Source of the DNA: Planctomycetota bacterium
GTDB taxonomy: Bacteria; Planctomycetota; PLA2; JAEUHO01
Direction: 5' to 3'
NCBI GenBank assembly: GCA_050248855.1
Contig: JBFWRP010000003.1
Span: forward strand, 1 to 64,000
Length of the DNA: 64,000 bases
Part shown: positions 1 to 9,900 of the stretch, piece after piece
How the letters are laid out: every line of letters starts with the position of its first letter
How positions within the stretch are numbered: the stretch's first letter is position 1
Translations under genes and position numbers: made by a program
The notes under the pieces: generated by a model
Told to the model about the DNA's origin: nothing
The model's input: only the letters and a program-made list of their open reading frames with translations
Database searches by the model: none

Positions 1-402
1 CTAGGTGGCCTGGCCCTTGCGTGCGCGTTGGCCGCGTTGGGCTTGATCGTCTGGCTGATCGCGTCGGGCGAGTGGCAGCGCGGCACTGTCGTGGGAGCGC
101 TGGGTGTCGTGCCCGCGTTCTTCGGCGCGGCCGCCGCGCTGTGGCGTGCGTCACGGCACGGAGCCGAGATGGCGACCTTGCGACCGGGAGGAGACCCGGT
201 CGCCCACTGGTCCTCGGTACTCGTCGAGCACGGCCAGTGGTGGATCCGCTCGCGCGCTGCGCGGGAGCTGGGCGCACTCGCCGCAACCGAAGCCAGGGCG
301 CGCGAGGCCCTGGAGACGGCGCGCCGGCACGAGTCCAACCGACGGGTTCGGGCGGCGATCGCGCGCCGCCTGCAGGCCTTGCCCGTCTCGACGGGTAGCT
401 GA
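1..402 (+). CDS. Membrane protein with C-terminal HEAT-like helices (5' partial)
   Basis: Frame 1 is open from base 1 to TGA at 400-402; two hydrophobic segments, then WWIRSRAARELGAL...RRVRAAIARRL. Confidence 0.6.
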   Translation, partial: LGGLALACALAALGLIVWLIASGEWQRGTVVGALGVVPAFFGAAAALWRASRHGAEMATLRPGGDPVAHWSSVLVEHGQWWIRSRAARELGALAATEARAREALETARRHESNRRVRAAIARRLQALPVSTGS

Positions 403-449
403 CCGCCGGCTCGCCGGATCTTCGCGCGGCCTCGGCGTAGGATGCCGCC

Positions 450-1334
450 ATGGACGAACGCGAATTCGACGCCAGGCTTTTCGATCTCTACGACGAGTAC
501 TGCCACGGCAGCATGAAGCGTCGTGAGTTCCTGGCGAGCGCAGCGGCGCTGGCCGCCATCGCCGGGCTGCCGGGCTGCGGCGAGAAGGCCAAGGAGCTGC
601 TGCCGGACTACGCCAAGACGGTGACCGTGTCGTTCACCGATCCGCGCATCAAGGCGAAGTTCGTGGAGTACGAGTCGCCGGGCGGCAACGGCAGGATGCG
701 TGGCTACCTCGTGACGCCCGTGGAGCCCGGCCCGTGTGGGGCCGTGTTGGTCGTTCACGAGAACCGGGGCTTGAACCCCTACGTGCAAGATGTGGCGCGC
801 CGCGTCGCCGTCGACGGATTCATCGCGTTCGCGCCGGATGCCCTGGCGCCGCTCGGCGGCTACCCGGGCAACGACGACGACGGCAAGGAGCTCCAGCGCC
901 AGCTCGACCGCGCCAAGATCCACGTGGACATGCTGAACGGCGCCAGGCTGGTCAAGAGCCACGAGCGCTGCAATGGCAAGCTGGGCGTAACGGGGTTCTG
1001 CTTCGGCGGCGGAGTCTCCAACTACCTGGCCGTGGAGATGGGGGACCAGCTCCAAGCGGCCGCGCCGTTCTATGGGGCGCCTGCCGACCTCCAGCGCGTC
1101 GGCGAGATCCGCGCCAAGCTGATCGTCCACTACGCGGAGACCGATCCCCGCGTCAACGAGCACAAGGAGGCCTACGAGGCCGCGCTCGAGGCCGCGGGCG
1201 TCGACCACACCATGTACGTCTATCCCGGCACGCAGCACGGCTTCCACAACAACAGCACGCCGCGCTACGACCACGCCGCGGCGACGCTGGCTTGGCAGCG
1301 CACGATCGACTTGTTCAAGGGGACGCTGGCCTGA
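450..1334 (+). CDS. Dienelactone hydrolase family protein (YghX-like)
   Basis: DLYDEYCHG.MKRREFL N-terminus (Tat-like), VVHENRGLNP, nucleophile GFCFGG, HGFHN. Confidence 0.9.
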   Translation: MDEREFDARLFDLYDEYCHGSMKRREFLASAAALAAIAGLPGCGEKAKELLPDYAKTVTVSFTDPRIKAKFVEYESPGGNGRMRGYLVTPVEPGPCGAVLVVHENRGLNPYVQDVARRVAVDGFIAFAPDALAPLGGYPGNDDDGKELQRQLDRAKIHVDMLNGARLVKSHERCNGKLGVTGFCFGGGVSNYLAVEMGDQLQAAAPFYGAPADLQRVGEIRAKLIVHYAETDPRVNEHKEAYEAALEAAGVDHTMYVYPGTQHGFHNNSTPRYDHAAATLAWQRTIDLFKGTLA

Positions 1335-1349
1335 AGTTGGATGTCCTGG

Positions 1350-4001
1350 CTACTCGCGCTCGTACGCGACCGTCGTCGTCTCGCCCGACCGGATCTCCAC
1401 GACGCCCAGGTCCTTGACCTTGCCGAGCTCGTGGACCCGAACGCGCCATGCGCCGGGCTCCAGGGCGCAGAGGAGGGCGTGGGCTGGCGGCAGCGAGGAG
1501 TCCGGGCGCGCCGGACCGAAGTGAAGGGGAGTCTTGATGGGAGCATGCCTCTGGACTCCGTCCCGCACCGCACGGACTTCGGGCGGCCGCCAAGCGGACG
1601 TGGCCACGGCCGACGTCACGCGCAGGGCCCCGAGACGGCGTAGCACGAGATCACCGATGTCCAACTTGCCAGGAACGACCTCGACCACCCTCTCGATGAC
1701 CAGGTCGTCGTGGGTCACGTACAGTCCATGGAACCGCAGGACCAGTGTGCCGACGCGGAGGCCGGTCAGCTCGAAGCGCCCGTCTCGGTCCGAGAACACT
1801 TGCCCGTCGCCCCCCGCGATGTGGACATCGGCCATGGGCTGCCCGGCTTCGTCCACCAAGCGCCCGTAAATGCGGTGTCCGAGCGGGAACTTGACGTGAA
1901 GGACGGTTGGCTCCGGCCCGGGGCGGAGCTCGACCCCCAGTAGATCAACGCTGGGGACGTCCTCGCCGTGCACGCGCACATCGACGGTGGGCGGGGGGCG
2001 GGCCGGCACGAGAAACACGTGCGGATCTCCGACGCGATCGAGCGGCCAGTACTCGTCGTAGCCGTCCAGGGCCCGGATCGTCACGGAGACTTCCTCGGGC
2101 CGATGGGGTCCGTCGAGAACGATCTGGATGCGCGGTAGCCTTCGTTGCGCCTCCGCCTCGGTCCCGACGACCCAGACGACCTCGTCCTCAGAGGGGCCGA
2201 ATACCACAGGGCCATCGAGGATACCGAGGTCGTCCACACGCAGGCTGTAGGCGGCGTCGGCGCGGAGTCCGAGGACCTGGAACCGTCCCTCGGTGTCAGT
2301 CTGGATCGACACCTCCGTCCAGTACTCGTCCTCATCGCTCTCAGGGAGGCGCTCGGCGATGGCCACCGAGAGCTGCGCGGCAGCGCCGTTCCCTGTCACG
2401 ACGCGACCTCGAAGAAGCCCGGCAGGCCACGCCAGCGTCTCCATGTGCGGGCCGGGGCCCCTGACATCCAGTGTCCGCACCATGCCTACCCACCCGGGGC
2501 GGTGCGCGTGGACGTTGACGCGACCCCGTGGCACCTGGAACGTCACCTCTCCTGCTCGATTCGTGTCGGCCTGACCGCCCGTGTCGCCTTCCCCGTCCCA
2601 AGCGACCTCGACATCACGGAGCCCTTCGCCGTCCGGACCTGCGACCTGCACGACGAGAGGCACCCGATCGACCCCCATGGCCTCGACGGCCGCAGGGCGG
2701 AAGTCGATCCGCGCGCTCGCCGGAGGTGGCGTCGGCACGACCACGGCGATCGTGCCCAGGTCCATGCCCTCGGCCGAGATGCCCCTGATCTGCACCGGGC
2801 CGCTCGGCGCACGGAGGAAGGTGAAGCTTCCGTCCCTGCCGACGGACGTCTCGAAGCGCTCCAACCAGTAGGCTGCTGCCAGCAGCTCCCGGCTTGGCGT
2901 CGGCGAGAGGGTCAAGCGGCCAGCGTCGAGCCTTTCGCCACTCGTGGTGTAGGCCGTGCCCGTGACTTGCACGACGGGTGGGAAGTTCACGTCGCGCTCG
3001 ATGACCTCGCCCGGTCGAGGCCGAGGTGCCACGACGCGCACGGATCCATGCACGTCGTGCGTGACCTTCACCCACACCAAGTTGAAGGAGAACTCGGGGT
3101 CGTGCTGCGTGACGTGCTCGAGGCGATAGCGCCCCGCCGCGTTCGTCCGTGTCGCGCCGAAGCTCGAGTCGTGGTCCTCGAAGGCGATCGATGCGCCGTC
3201 AACGACCTGTCCTCCGGCATCCCGCACGATGCCCACGATCGTCCCCCCCCGTTCGAGCTCGGCCGTGACACCCAGTCGTGGCGCGACGGCCGGGTACACG
3301 TCCGAGGCGTACGGCGCGTGCTGCGCCGATGTGACGACCACGGTCACGCGCCCCGGCGCGATGCGCAAGCGCGCCACGCCGTCCTCGGCGGTGACGCCCT
3401 CGTCCAGCGGCCACGAGACGCGTGGAGCCTCGAGTCGGACGGCCGCGTCGGCCACGGGCTGATGACTTGTGGCGTCGCGCACCAGCACGTCCACCTCGAC
3501 AATCGGTTCCAGAACCAGTGTGTGCATGCCCTCGCCGAACACGACAGACGAGCGAGCAGGCAGGGCGTGCGTGGGCGTGCGGATCCTGAGCGTGGGGCTG
3601 GAACTCGTGCCGAAGAGCAGGCGGAACCGGCCTTGCGCGTCGGTTCGCACAGCTGGGGCCCACGCGGTACCCGCCCAGATCTCCACGAGCGCATCGGCAA
3701 CGACGACGCCCTCGCTCGTGAGCACCCGCGCCGACACGAAGCGATCTGCATCCGACTCGGCGTTGCGGGTCACCGCCTTGGCAGCTACGTCCGGCTCTCC
3801 TTCTCCAAGGACCAGCGTGCCCTGCAGGCCAGGGGAACGGCGTACCTCTGACGCGCCCTCGTCGTGCTGCGCAGAGGAGTCCGTGAGCTGCATGCGTCCG
3901 CCCGCGGAGGGTGCGTCGCGCTCACGCTCGTCACGCGTGAACCACCAGAGCGGCGCACCCACCAGGACCAAGGCCAGCACGAGCAACCTGACGCGCTTCA
4001 T
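1350..4001 (-). CDS. Exported carboxypeptidase regulatory-like (CarboxypepD_reg) repeat protein
   Basis: Start MKRVRLLVLALVLVGAPLWW after GGAGG; repeated G.V.D..G.PV..A.V...TD..GRF motifs. The longer ORF to 5222 runs into other genes. Confidence 0.75.
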   Translation of the reverse strand: MKRVRLLVLALVLVGAPLWWFTRDERERDAPSAGGRMQLTDSSAQHDEGASEVRRSPGLQGTLVLGEGEPDVAAKAVTRNAESDADRFVSARVLTSEGVVVADALVEIWAGTAWAPAVRTDAQGRFRLLFGTSSSPTLRIRTPTHALPARSSVVFGEGMHTLVLEPIVEVDVLVRDATSHQPVADAAVRLEAPRVSWPLDEGVTAEDGVARLRIAPGRVTVVVTSAQHAPYASDVYPAVAPRLGVTAELERGGTIVGIVRDAGGQVVDGASIAFEDHDSSFGATRTNAAGRYRLEHVTQHDPEFSFNLVWVKVTHDVHGSVRVVAPRPRPGEVIERDVNFPPVVQVTGTAYTTSGERLDAGRLTLSPTPSRELLAAAYWLERFETSVGRDGSFTFLRAPSGPVQIRGISAEGMDLGTIAVVVPTPPPASARIDFRPAAVEAMGVDRVPLVVQVAGPDGEGLRDVEVAWDGEGDTGGQADTNRAGEVTFQVPRGRVNVHAHRPGWVGMVRTLDVRGPGPHMETLAWPAGLLRGRVVTGNGAAAQLSVAIAERLPESDEDEYWTEVSIQTDTEGRFQVLGLRADAAYSLRVDDLGILDGPVVFGPSEDEVVWVVGTEAEAQRRLPRIQIVLDGPHRPEEVSVTIRALDGYDEYWPLDRVGDPHVFLVPARPPPTVDVRVHGEDVPSVDLLGVELRPGPEPTVLHVKFPLGHRIYGRLVDEAGQPMADVHIAGGDGQVFSDRDGRFELTGLRVGTLVLRFHGLYVTHDDLVIERVVEVVPGKLDIGDLVLRRLGALRVTSAVATSAWRPPEVRAVRDGVQRHAPIKTPLHFGPARPDSSLPPAHALLCALEPGAWRVRVHELGKVKDLGVVEIRSGETTTVAYERE

Positions 4002-4090
4002 CACGCCCCTCCGCCCACGACTGTAGGACGGCAGGTAGGGCGACGTCGACGGGGTCGCGCCGTCCGCGGCTGGGGATGTGCTCGCGCTGC

Positions 4091-4372
4091 CTACCCCGGC
4101 GCGTCCTCGCAGCCGCAGAGGAAGGCCTGGTCGCGGCAGGCGGGGCAGCGCTCCATGTCGCAGCCGGGCACGTGGTACTGGCCCTTGCGGGCCACGCAGT
4201 CGTGGCAGGGGATGTGGGCGCTCCCCCAGCCGCGGCCTTCCTTGCCGTAGGGGATGCGCTGCATCACGACGCCGCGGATGGTGACGGTGGTCTTGAGCTG
4301 GGCCTGCTCGACCTTCTCGGGCCAACCCTTGGCGACGCGCTTGCCGTTGTAGATGGTGAAGTCGTCCGTCAT
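4091..4372 (-). CDS. Small Cys/His-rich putative zinc-binding protein
   Basis: ATG after GGGAGG; CHDC..KGQYHVPGCDMERCPAC..Q...CGC. Confidence 0.7.
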   Translation of the reverse strand: MTDDFTIYNGKRVAKGWPEKVEQAQLKTTVTIRGVVMQRIPYGKEGRGWGSAHIPCHDCVARKGQYHVPGCDMERCPACRDQAFLCGCEDAPG

Positions 4373-4444
4373 GGCCACGGCCTCCCGGAAAGGTTTCCCA
4401 GGAGGCTTCGCCACGGGGCGTGCAGCGGTCACACGGCGAGCGAC

Positions 4445-5449
4445 CTACTCGAAGGGCACGTGCAGCTGGGCTGCGCGGACGAGGGCCCTGGTGCCGAGCG
4501 CACCGTCCGTCGTGCCCGCCAGGAGGCGGAAGAGGCTGAAGGGCAGCTTGAAGGAGTGGCCGAAGAACCACGTTCCCTTCTGCGGGGTCCGCGGCGCATC
4601 GCTCTCCCAGTATCCGGGCTGGAGCCAGGCGATGGGCTCGCCCTCGGGCTCCTCGAGGTCGTCGGGGCCGACGGGCCGGTTGAGGAACTGCTGGTGTGCG
4701 GGGTGACCGAGGCGTGCAACCTGGTCGTACCCCATCTCGTGCAACGTCACGAGTGCCTCGCCGTGGGTCACCCAGTGCACGACCACGCCTGCCCCCTCGG
4801 AGCGGATGTGGCGCCACGGGCGCAGCAGGGCAGCGAGGGTGACCTGGCGGATCGCGTCCGCGTTCGCGTAGGGCGCCAGTGGATGCTCGCGATGGAAGTC
4901 GGATACGGGCTCGACGGGCAGCATCGTGACGAAGCCCTCGAGCAGCTTGACCAGCCCGTCGAGGATGCGGGGTGTCGCGTACTCCGGCAGCTGGCGCAAG
5001 GCCCTCAGCGCCAGCGCCGTGTGGATGGCATCGTGCCCGCCGCTTCGCAGCTCGTGGACGTGCTCGGCGAGCTTCTCGAGCAGCAGCTCGGGGTGGGCCG
5101 TGCCGGAGCCCGGCGCAGGCGGCGGGAACTCGGAGCGGCGCGAGGCGATGAAAGCCTCGACCTGCTTGCGGAGCGCCGCCGTCGTGCGCTCGTCCAGCGC
5201 GTGCTCCCGCTGGAAGCACCACGCGGCGATCACGGCAGCGCCGTGGTGGCCACGGGCCCAGCCGCGGTGGTGGGCGTGGGCCAGTGCCGCAAGCCCTTGC
5301 GCCAGGAGATCATCGCCGAGTGAAGGCGCGTCGCCGTCCGGCGCGCCCCATGCCCGCGTGACGCCCTCCATCGACGCCAACGCCGGCACGACGATCCCGG
5401 CGGCCGCGGCCCAGCGAAGGAACCGGCGCCTGGAGAGGTCGCTCGCCAT
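4445..5449 (-). CDS. Tat-exported His-rich helical protein of unknown function
   Basis: SRRRFL twin-arginine signal; His clusters GHHGAA, GGHDAIH, VHWVTH, GHSFK. Confidence 0.7.
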   Translation of the reverse strand: MASDLSRRRFLRWAAAAGIVVPALASMEGVTRAWGAPDGDAPSLGDDLLAQGLAALAHAHHRGWARGHHGAAVIAAWCFQREHALDERTTAALRKQVEAFIASRRSEFPPPAPGSGTAHPELLLEKLAEHVHELRSGGHDAIHTALALRALRQLPEYATPRILDGLVKLLEGFVTMLPVEPVSDFHREHPLAPYANADAIRQVTLAALLRPWRHIRSEGAGVVVHWVTHGEALVTLHEMGYDQVARLGHPAHQQFLNRPVGPDDLEEPEGEPIAWLQPGYWESDAPRTPQKGTWFFGHSFKLPFSLFRLLAGTTDGALGTRALVRAAQLHVPFE

Positions 5450-5476
5450 GGGGGCCATGGTACGTGCTGTGCGTCG

Positions 5477-6427
5477 CTACGCAGGGAGCGGGATCTTCGA
5501 AGCGTTCGCTGCCAGCCATGCGTCGAAGGTCTGGAGGCCCGGGTGGAGGCGGCGTGCGATGGCCGGGTCGCGCGGACGGCAGAACGCCTCCGGGAAGTCG
5601 TGCTTGAACTGGAACATGTTGCCGAGGTCGTCCGCGCCGGGGAACCCGAGGCCGCGGTACACGTCGAAGGGCACGGCCTCGTAGACCACGTCCTTCTTCA
5701 GCGCCTTGCCCAGCTGGGCGGCCATCTCGTGCCCCGTGAGGTGCTCGCCGGCCACGCCGAGCGTCTTGCCGATGTGGGCGTCCCCCGCGCGGAAGATGCC
5801 GTACGCGCAGGCGCCGATGTCCTCCACGGCGATGCCCGGCAGCTTGGCCTCGCCCATGGGCAGGCGGAAGGCGTAGCGCCCATCCCCCAGCGGCTGCGGG
5901 CCCATCCCGAAGTGGATCAGGTTGTCCCAGTAGAAGGACGTGGCGAGGTTGGTGGTGGGGACGCGGGCGGCGAACACGGCATCGGCTTCGCCCTTGGCGT
6001 CGAAGTGGGGGACCTTGTACTTCCCCATGAGCGTGGGCATGCGGTCGTCGGAGAGCGGCACGTGCTTGCGCGTGTCCTCGAGCGTGGACCAGATGACGTG
6101 CTTCACGCCGGCGGCCTGGGCGGCATCGGCCAAGGCCGTGGCCTGCGCCAGCTCCTTCTCCGGGGAGAAGTGCTCCCAGAAGTTCGTGACGCAGAACGCG
6201 CCGTGGGCGCCCGCGAAGGCGCGCTCGAGGCTCGCGCGGTCGTCGAGGTCCGCGGCCACGACTTCGGCGCCCTGCGCAGCGAGGGCCCGGCCCTTGTCGC
6301 TGTCGGGGTTGCGCGTGATCGCGCGCACGGCAAAGGGGCCGTCGCGATCGGCCAAGGCGGCGCGGACGAGCCCGCCTCCATGGGCGCCGGTGGCGCCGAT
6401 CACGGCCAAGATCTTGCGGTCGGACAT
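5477..6427 (-). CDS. NmrA/HSCARG family NAD(P)-binding protein
   Basis: GATGAHGG Rossmann motif, VTNFWEH, VPHFDAKGEA. Confidence 0.92.
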   Translation of the reverse strand: MSDRKILAVIGATGAHGGGLVRAALADRDGPFAVRAITRNPDSDKGRALAAQGAEVVAADLDDRASLERAFAGAHGAFCVTNFWEHFSPEKELAQATALADAAQAAGVKHVIWSTLEDTRKHVPLSDDRMPTLMGKYKVPHFDAKGEADAVFAARVPTTNLATSFYWDNLIHFGMGPQPLGDGRYAFRLPMGEAKLPGIAVEDIGACAYGIFRAGDAHIGKTLGVAGEHLTGHEMAAQLGKALKKDVVYEAVPFDVYRGLGFPGADDLGNMFQFKHDFPEAFCRPRDPAIARRLHPGLQTFDAWLAANASKIPLPA

Positions 6428-6507
6428 CGTTGGGCTCCTTCGCGCACGCGGCGAGGGGCGGGCGCGGCATCACGGTAGGTGACGGCGCGCGGGGCTACCC
6501 TTTGTGG

Positions 6508-6843
6508 GTGGACCTCGTCTTCCATCTGACCACCGAGCAGGCATGGGCCGAGGCCCGGTCCCAGGGAACCTACGCGCCGGCGAGCCTCGCCAGCGAGGGC
6601 TTCATCCACGCTTCATGGCGTGACCAGGTCCTCGCCGTGGCCAACTGCTTCCTCCGCGGCCAAGCCGACCTCGTCGTCCTGCACATCGACCCGTCGCGGC
6701 TGCGTGTTCCCCTTCGCGTCGAGGCCGCGACCCCCGGCGGCGAGGCCTACCCGCACATCTACGGCTCGTTCGACCCGGCTGCGGTCGTCGGTGTATCGCC
6801 ACTGGTCTTGCAAGCGGACGGCAAGTTCGCGTGGGGGGCGTGA
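6508..6843 (+). CDS. DUF952 domain protein
   Basis: FHLTT..W...G.Y..ASL..EGFIH.S, YPHIYG; GTG start at 6508 assumed. Confidence 0.85.
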   Translation: MDLVFHLTTEQAWAEARSQGTYAPASLASEGFIHASWRDQVLAVANCFLRGQADLVVLHIDPSRLRVPLRVEAATPGGEAYPHIYGSFDPAAVVGVSPLVLQADGKFAWGA

Positions 6844-6927
6844 CGGCGAGCGGCTCGCGCGACGACTAGACTTGGCGCCGCGGTGGCCGTGAGCCAGCCC
6901 TGGCGGCCCCCGCGGGGGAGCGTGAGC

Positions 6928-9900
6928 GTGCGCTTGATCCATGTGCTCGTCGTGGGTGTTGCGGTCGCCCTGCTGTTCGCACCTACCCTCCTTGCCGATG
7001 ACGGGCAGGATGCCGCAGGCAGCGCTGATGTGCGGGGCGTGGTCGTCGACGGGGATGCTCGCCCGGTGGCCGACGTGGAAGTCCTCATCGAGTGCGTACC
7101 GCCGTACGTGCCTCCACGGATCCCCTCCCGCATGTCCGTGATGGAGCAGTCCACACCTCGCCCGGTGATCGGGCGGGGACGCACGGATGAGGAGGGTCGC
7201 TTCCAAGCGACCGTCGGCACGACGGACTGCTTGGTACTTCGCGTGGAGGGTCCGGACTGGGTGGGGCAGGGCACACGGCGGCCGCGCGACTCGAGCGACG
7301 TGTCGATCACGGTGTACCCGGCTCGGCGTCTGGACGTCGAAGTTCGTGGTGCTTCGGACGAGCCCATGCAGGCGTCCTTCAGCGAATGGTCCGTGGGACC
7401 TGCGGGGACGTCGCCCTTCGGCTCTGTCTTCGCTTCCCCTCGGCTCACGGACGAGCATGGGCGTCTCTCGGTCTTCGTACCGCGCGCGGAGCGGGCACAC
7501 GTGTCGGTCTTGGTGCCGCATGCGTTGCTGGCGACGTCCGAGGTCGACCTGCCGCCTGAAGGCACCCTCCTGGTGTTGCGCCCCCTCGCCGGGCCTGGCT
7601 TGGTGCGCGCGCGGGTCGTGGGACATCGCCGGGAGGCCGTTGCCGGTGCGACCGTCATGCTCGTGGTCTCGCCCTGGCCGCCCGATGCGGAGTCCAGCGG
7701 ACTGCCTTCCTGGCTCTACGGTCAGGGGCTCGTTCGAGCGGCCACGACGGACGAGGACGGGTGGGCCACGCTCGACGGCCTGCCCCGAGGCACGGTCGCG
7801 ACCGTGCATGCCTTCGCGCGCGGGCACCCGCCGGGTTCCGTCCAAGCCCGCGTGCCGCTTCTGGACGACGAGCCCTTCGAGCTCGAAGTCGCCCTGCCAC
7901 AGGGGCACGACATCGCGGGCCACGTGCGAACGCTGGAGGGTAAGCCGGTCGCCGGCGTTGACGTGCTCGCGGGCACGGATCCGAGCTCGGGACTCGGCTC
8001 CACGACGACGGACGCCGACGGCGCGTTTCGCATCCCGGCGCTGGCCGCGGGCGGGTATCGACTACGTGTCACGCATCCCGGCAGCCACGCGGTCCTCGAG
8101 GAGGCCGTGCAGCCGGAGCACCCCATGGGCCAGCCTGCCGCCGGGCAGTCACCCGCTGTGCCCTTCTTCCATGTCGAGGTACCTGCCCGGGGCGCCGAGA
8201 GCCTGGAGATCACCCTGCGCCCTGCGGCGGAGCTTCGGGTGCACGTGACCGACACCGACGGGAAGCCCGTGCACGTCGAGCGCGCCGGTCTCAGTGGACG
8301 GCCCCAGCGACCCGGCGGGCCCTTCGTGTTGCTGGGCCAGAGTCCGCGCGACGGTGTCCCGTGGTACGAGCCGGACATCACCCCGGGACTCGTGGTGTTC
8401 AAGGGCTTGCCCGAGCAGTGGACGTTCAGTGGGAGTGTCTCCGTGGCTGGACACTCGGAAGAGCTCATTCATGCGGTCGAACTCGGGCGTGGGACCACCT
8501 CCGTCGACGTTCATCTCACGGTGTCACCGCGGCAGGCCGTGACCGGTCGCGTCGTCGATGCCTCGGGACGCGCCCTGGCGGGGATCGCCGTGGGAGCCGA
8601 CTACGGGGGGACGGCCACCAGCGATGCCGACGGCCGCTTCCGTATCGAAATGCAGGGCAAGCACGTGAAGCGCGTGTTCGTGATGGCGGACGTGCATCGC
8701 GAGCGGGCCGCGCACATCGACTTGGAGCGAGACGTCGCGCCTGAGGTCGAGCTTGTCGTCGCCGAGCCGCTCCGTCCGCTATCCGTCGTGGTGCGCCGCG
8801 CGGACGGAACTCCCGCGTCCGATCTCGAGGTCCGCTGGTGGGTGCAGGTGCCTGCAGGGTCCAGCTGGGACAGCACGAGGACGGATGCACGGGGCGAAGC
8901 GAGGTTTCCCCACGTACCCGCCAAGGTCGATACGCTCTTCGTCGCCAACGCCCAGTACCAAGTTCCACCGGGCGACCTGCCTGACGTGTTGGTCGTACCG
9001 CCCGAGGTCATCGAGACTGCACTTCGCGTGCCCGATCACAAAGCCTCGCTCGTGGCGTTCGGGCGTGTCCGCTTGCCGGATGGGCGCCCCCTCCCGCGTG
9101 GCTGGGTCCAGCTGGTCGGTGGACGTACTCGGACGGACCGTGCGCCGGTCGTGAGTGGCCGCTTCGCGCTGTGGGCGTGGGGTGTGGTGCCCTTCATCGA
9201 CGCTCGCTTGAGGGTCACGGAGGCCACGGACATCGAGGGCCAGCCGCTGAACGTCGTGACCGAGGACCATGACCTGCACATGGATCGCCGCTGGCGTCCG
9301 GTCGAGGTCCAGCTCCGCGCGGGGCGCACCGTTCGTGGGCTCGTGCTGGACGAAGCGGGCCGCCTGCTGCCTGGGGTCGAGGTGCGGGTCCAGCCGATCG
9401 AGAACGAGGCCCCGGCCGTGCATGTGCGCGGGGACGATCCGCGCCCGCCCCCGACACCGCGGGCCGCGTATGGCAGCGCCGTGGACACCACCGACGAGGA
9501 GGGTCGCTTCGAGGTGGTGGGCCTGCGTCCCGAGTGGGACTACGAACTGTCCATCGCAGCGCCGCGTGGCTTCGCCTCTCCACCCAAACGGCGCCTCACG
9601 ACGAGCCTGGGCCGCGCGGGGACCGAAGTGGTCGTGGAGGATCTGCGTATCACGTTGCTGCGCTGGCGACCGTTGCGCGGCCGCGTCGTGGACGACGCGG
9701 GCGATCCCGTGGTGGGTGCAACCGTCCGGCTCGCCTCCCCCCGAGGCGAGCCGGTGATGCCCAACGAGAGCCAAGCCACCCGGACCACGCGCGAGGACGG
9801 CAGCTTCGAGTTCGCGTCCGTTGCCTCCGACAAGCAGCTTCGCATCTCTGTGCTCGAGGCACGTAGCGGCAGCGAGGGAACGTTCCCCTCCGATGTCGAC

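Noticed and set aside
4002..5222. N-terminal 407 aa of the 1290-aa ORF 1350..5222
   Set aside because: Low-complexity Arg/Pro/Ala sequence overlapping two better genes; the signal peptide and RBS point to 4001
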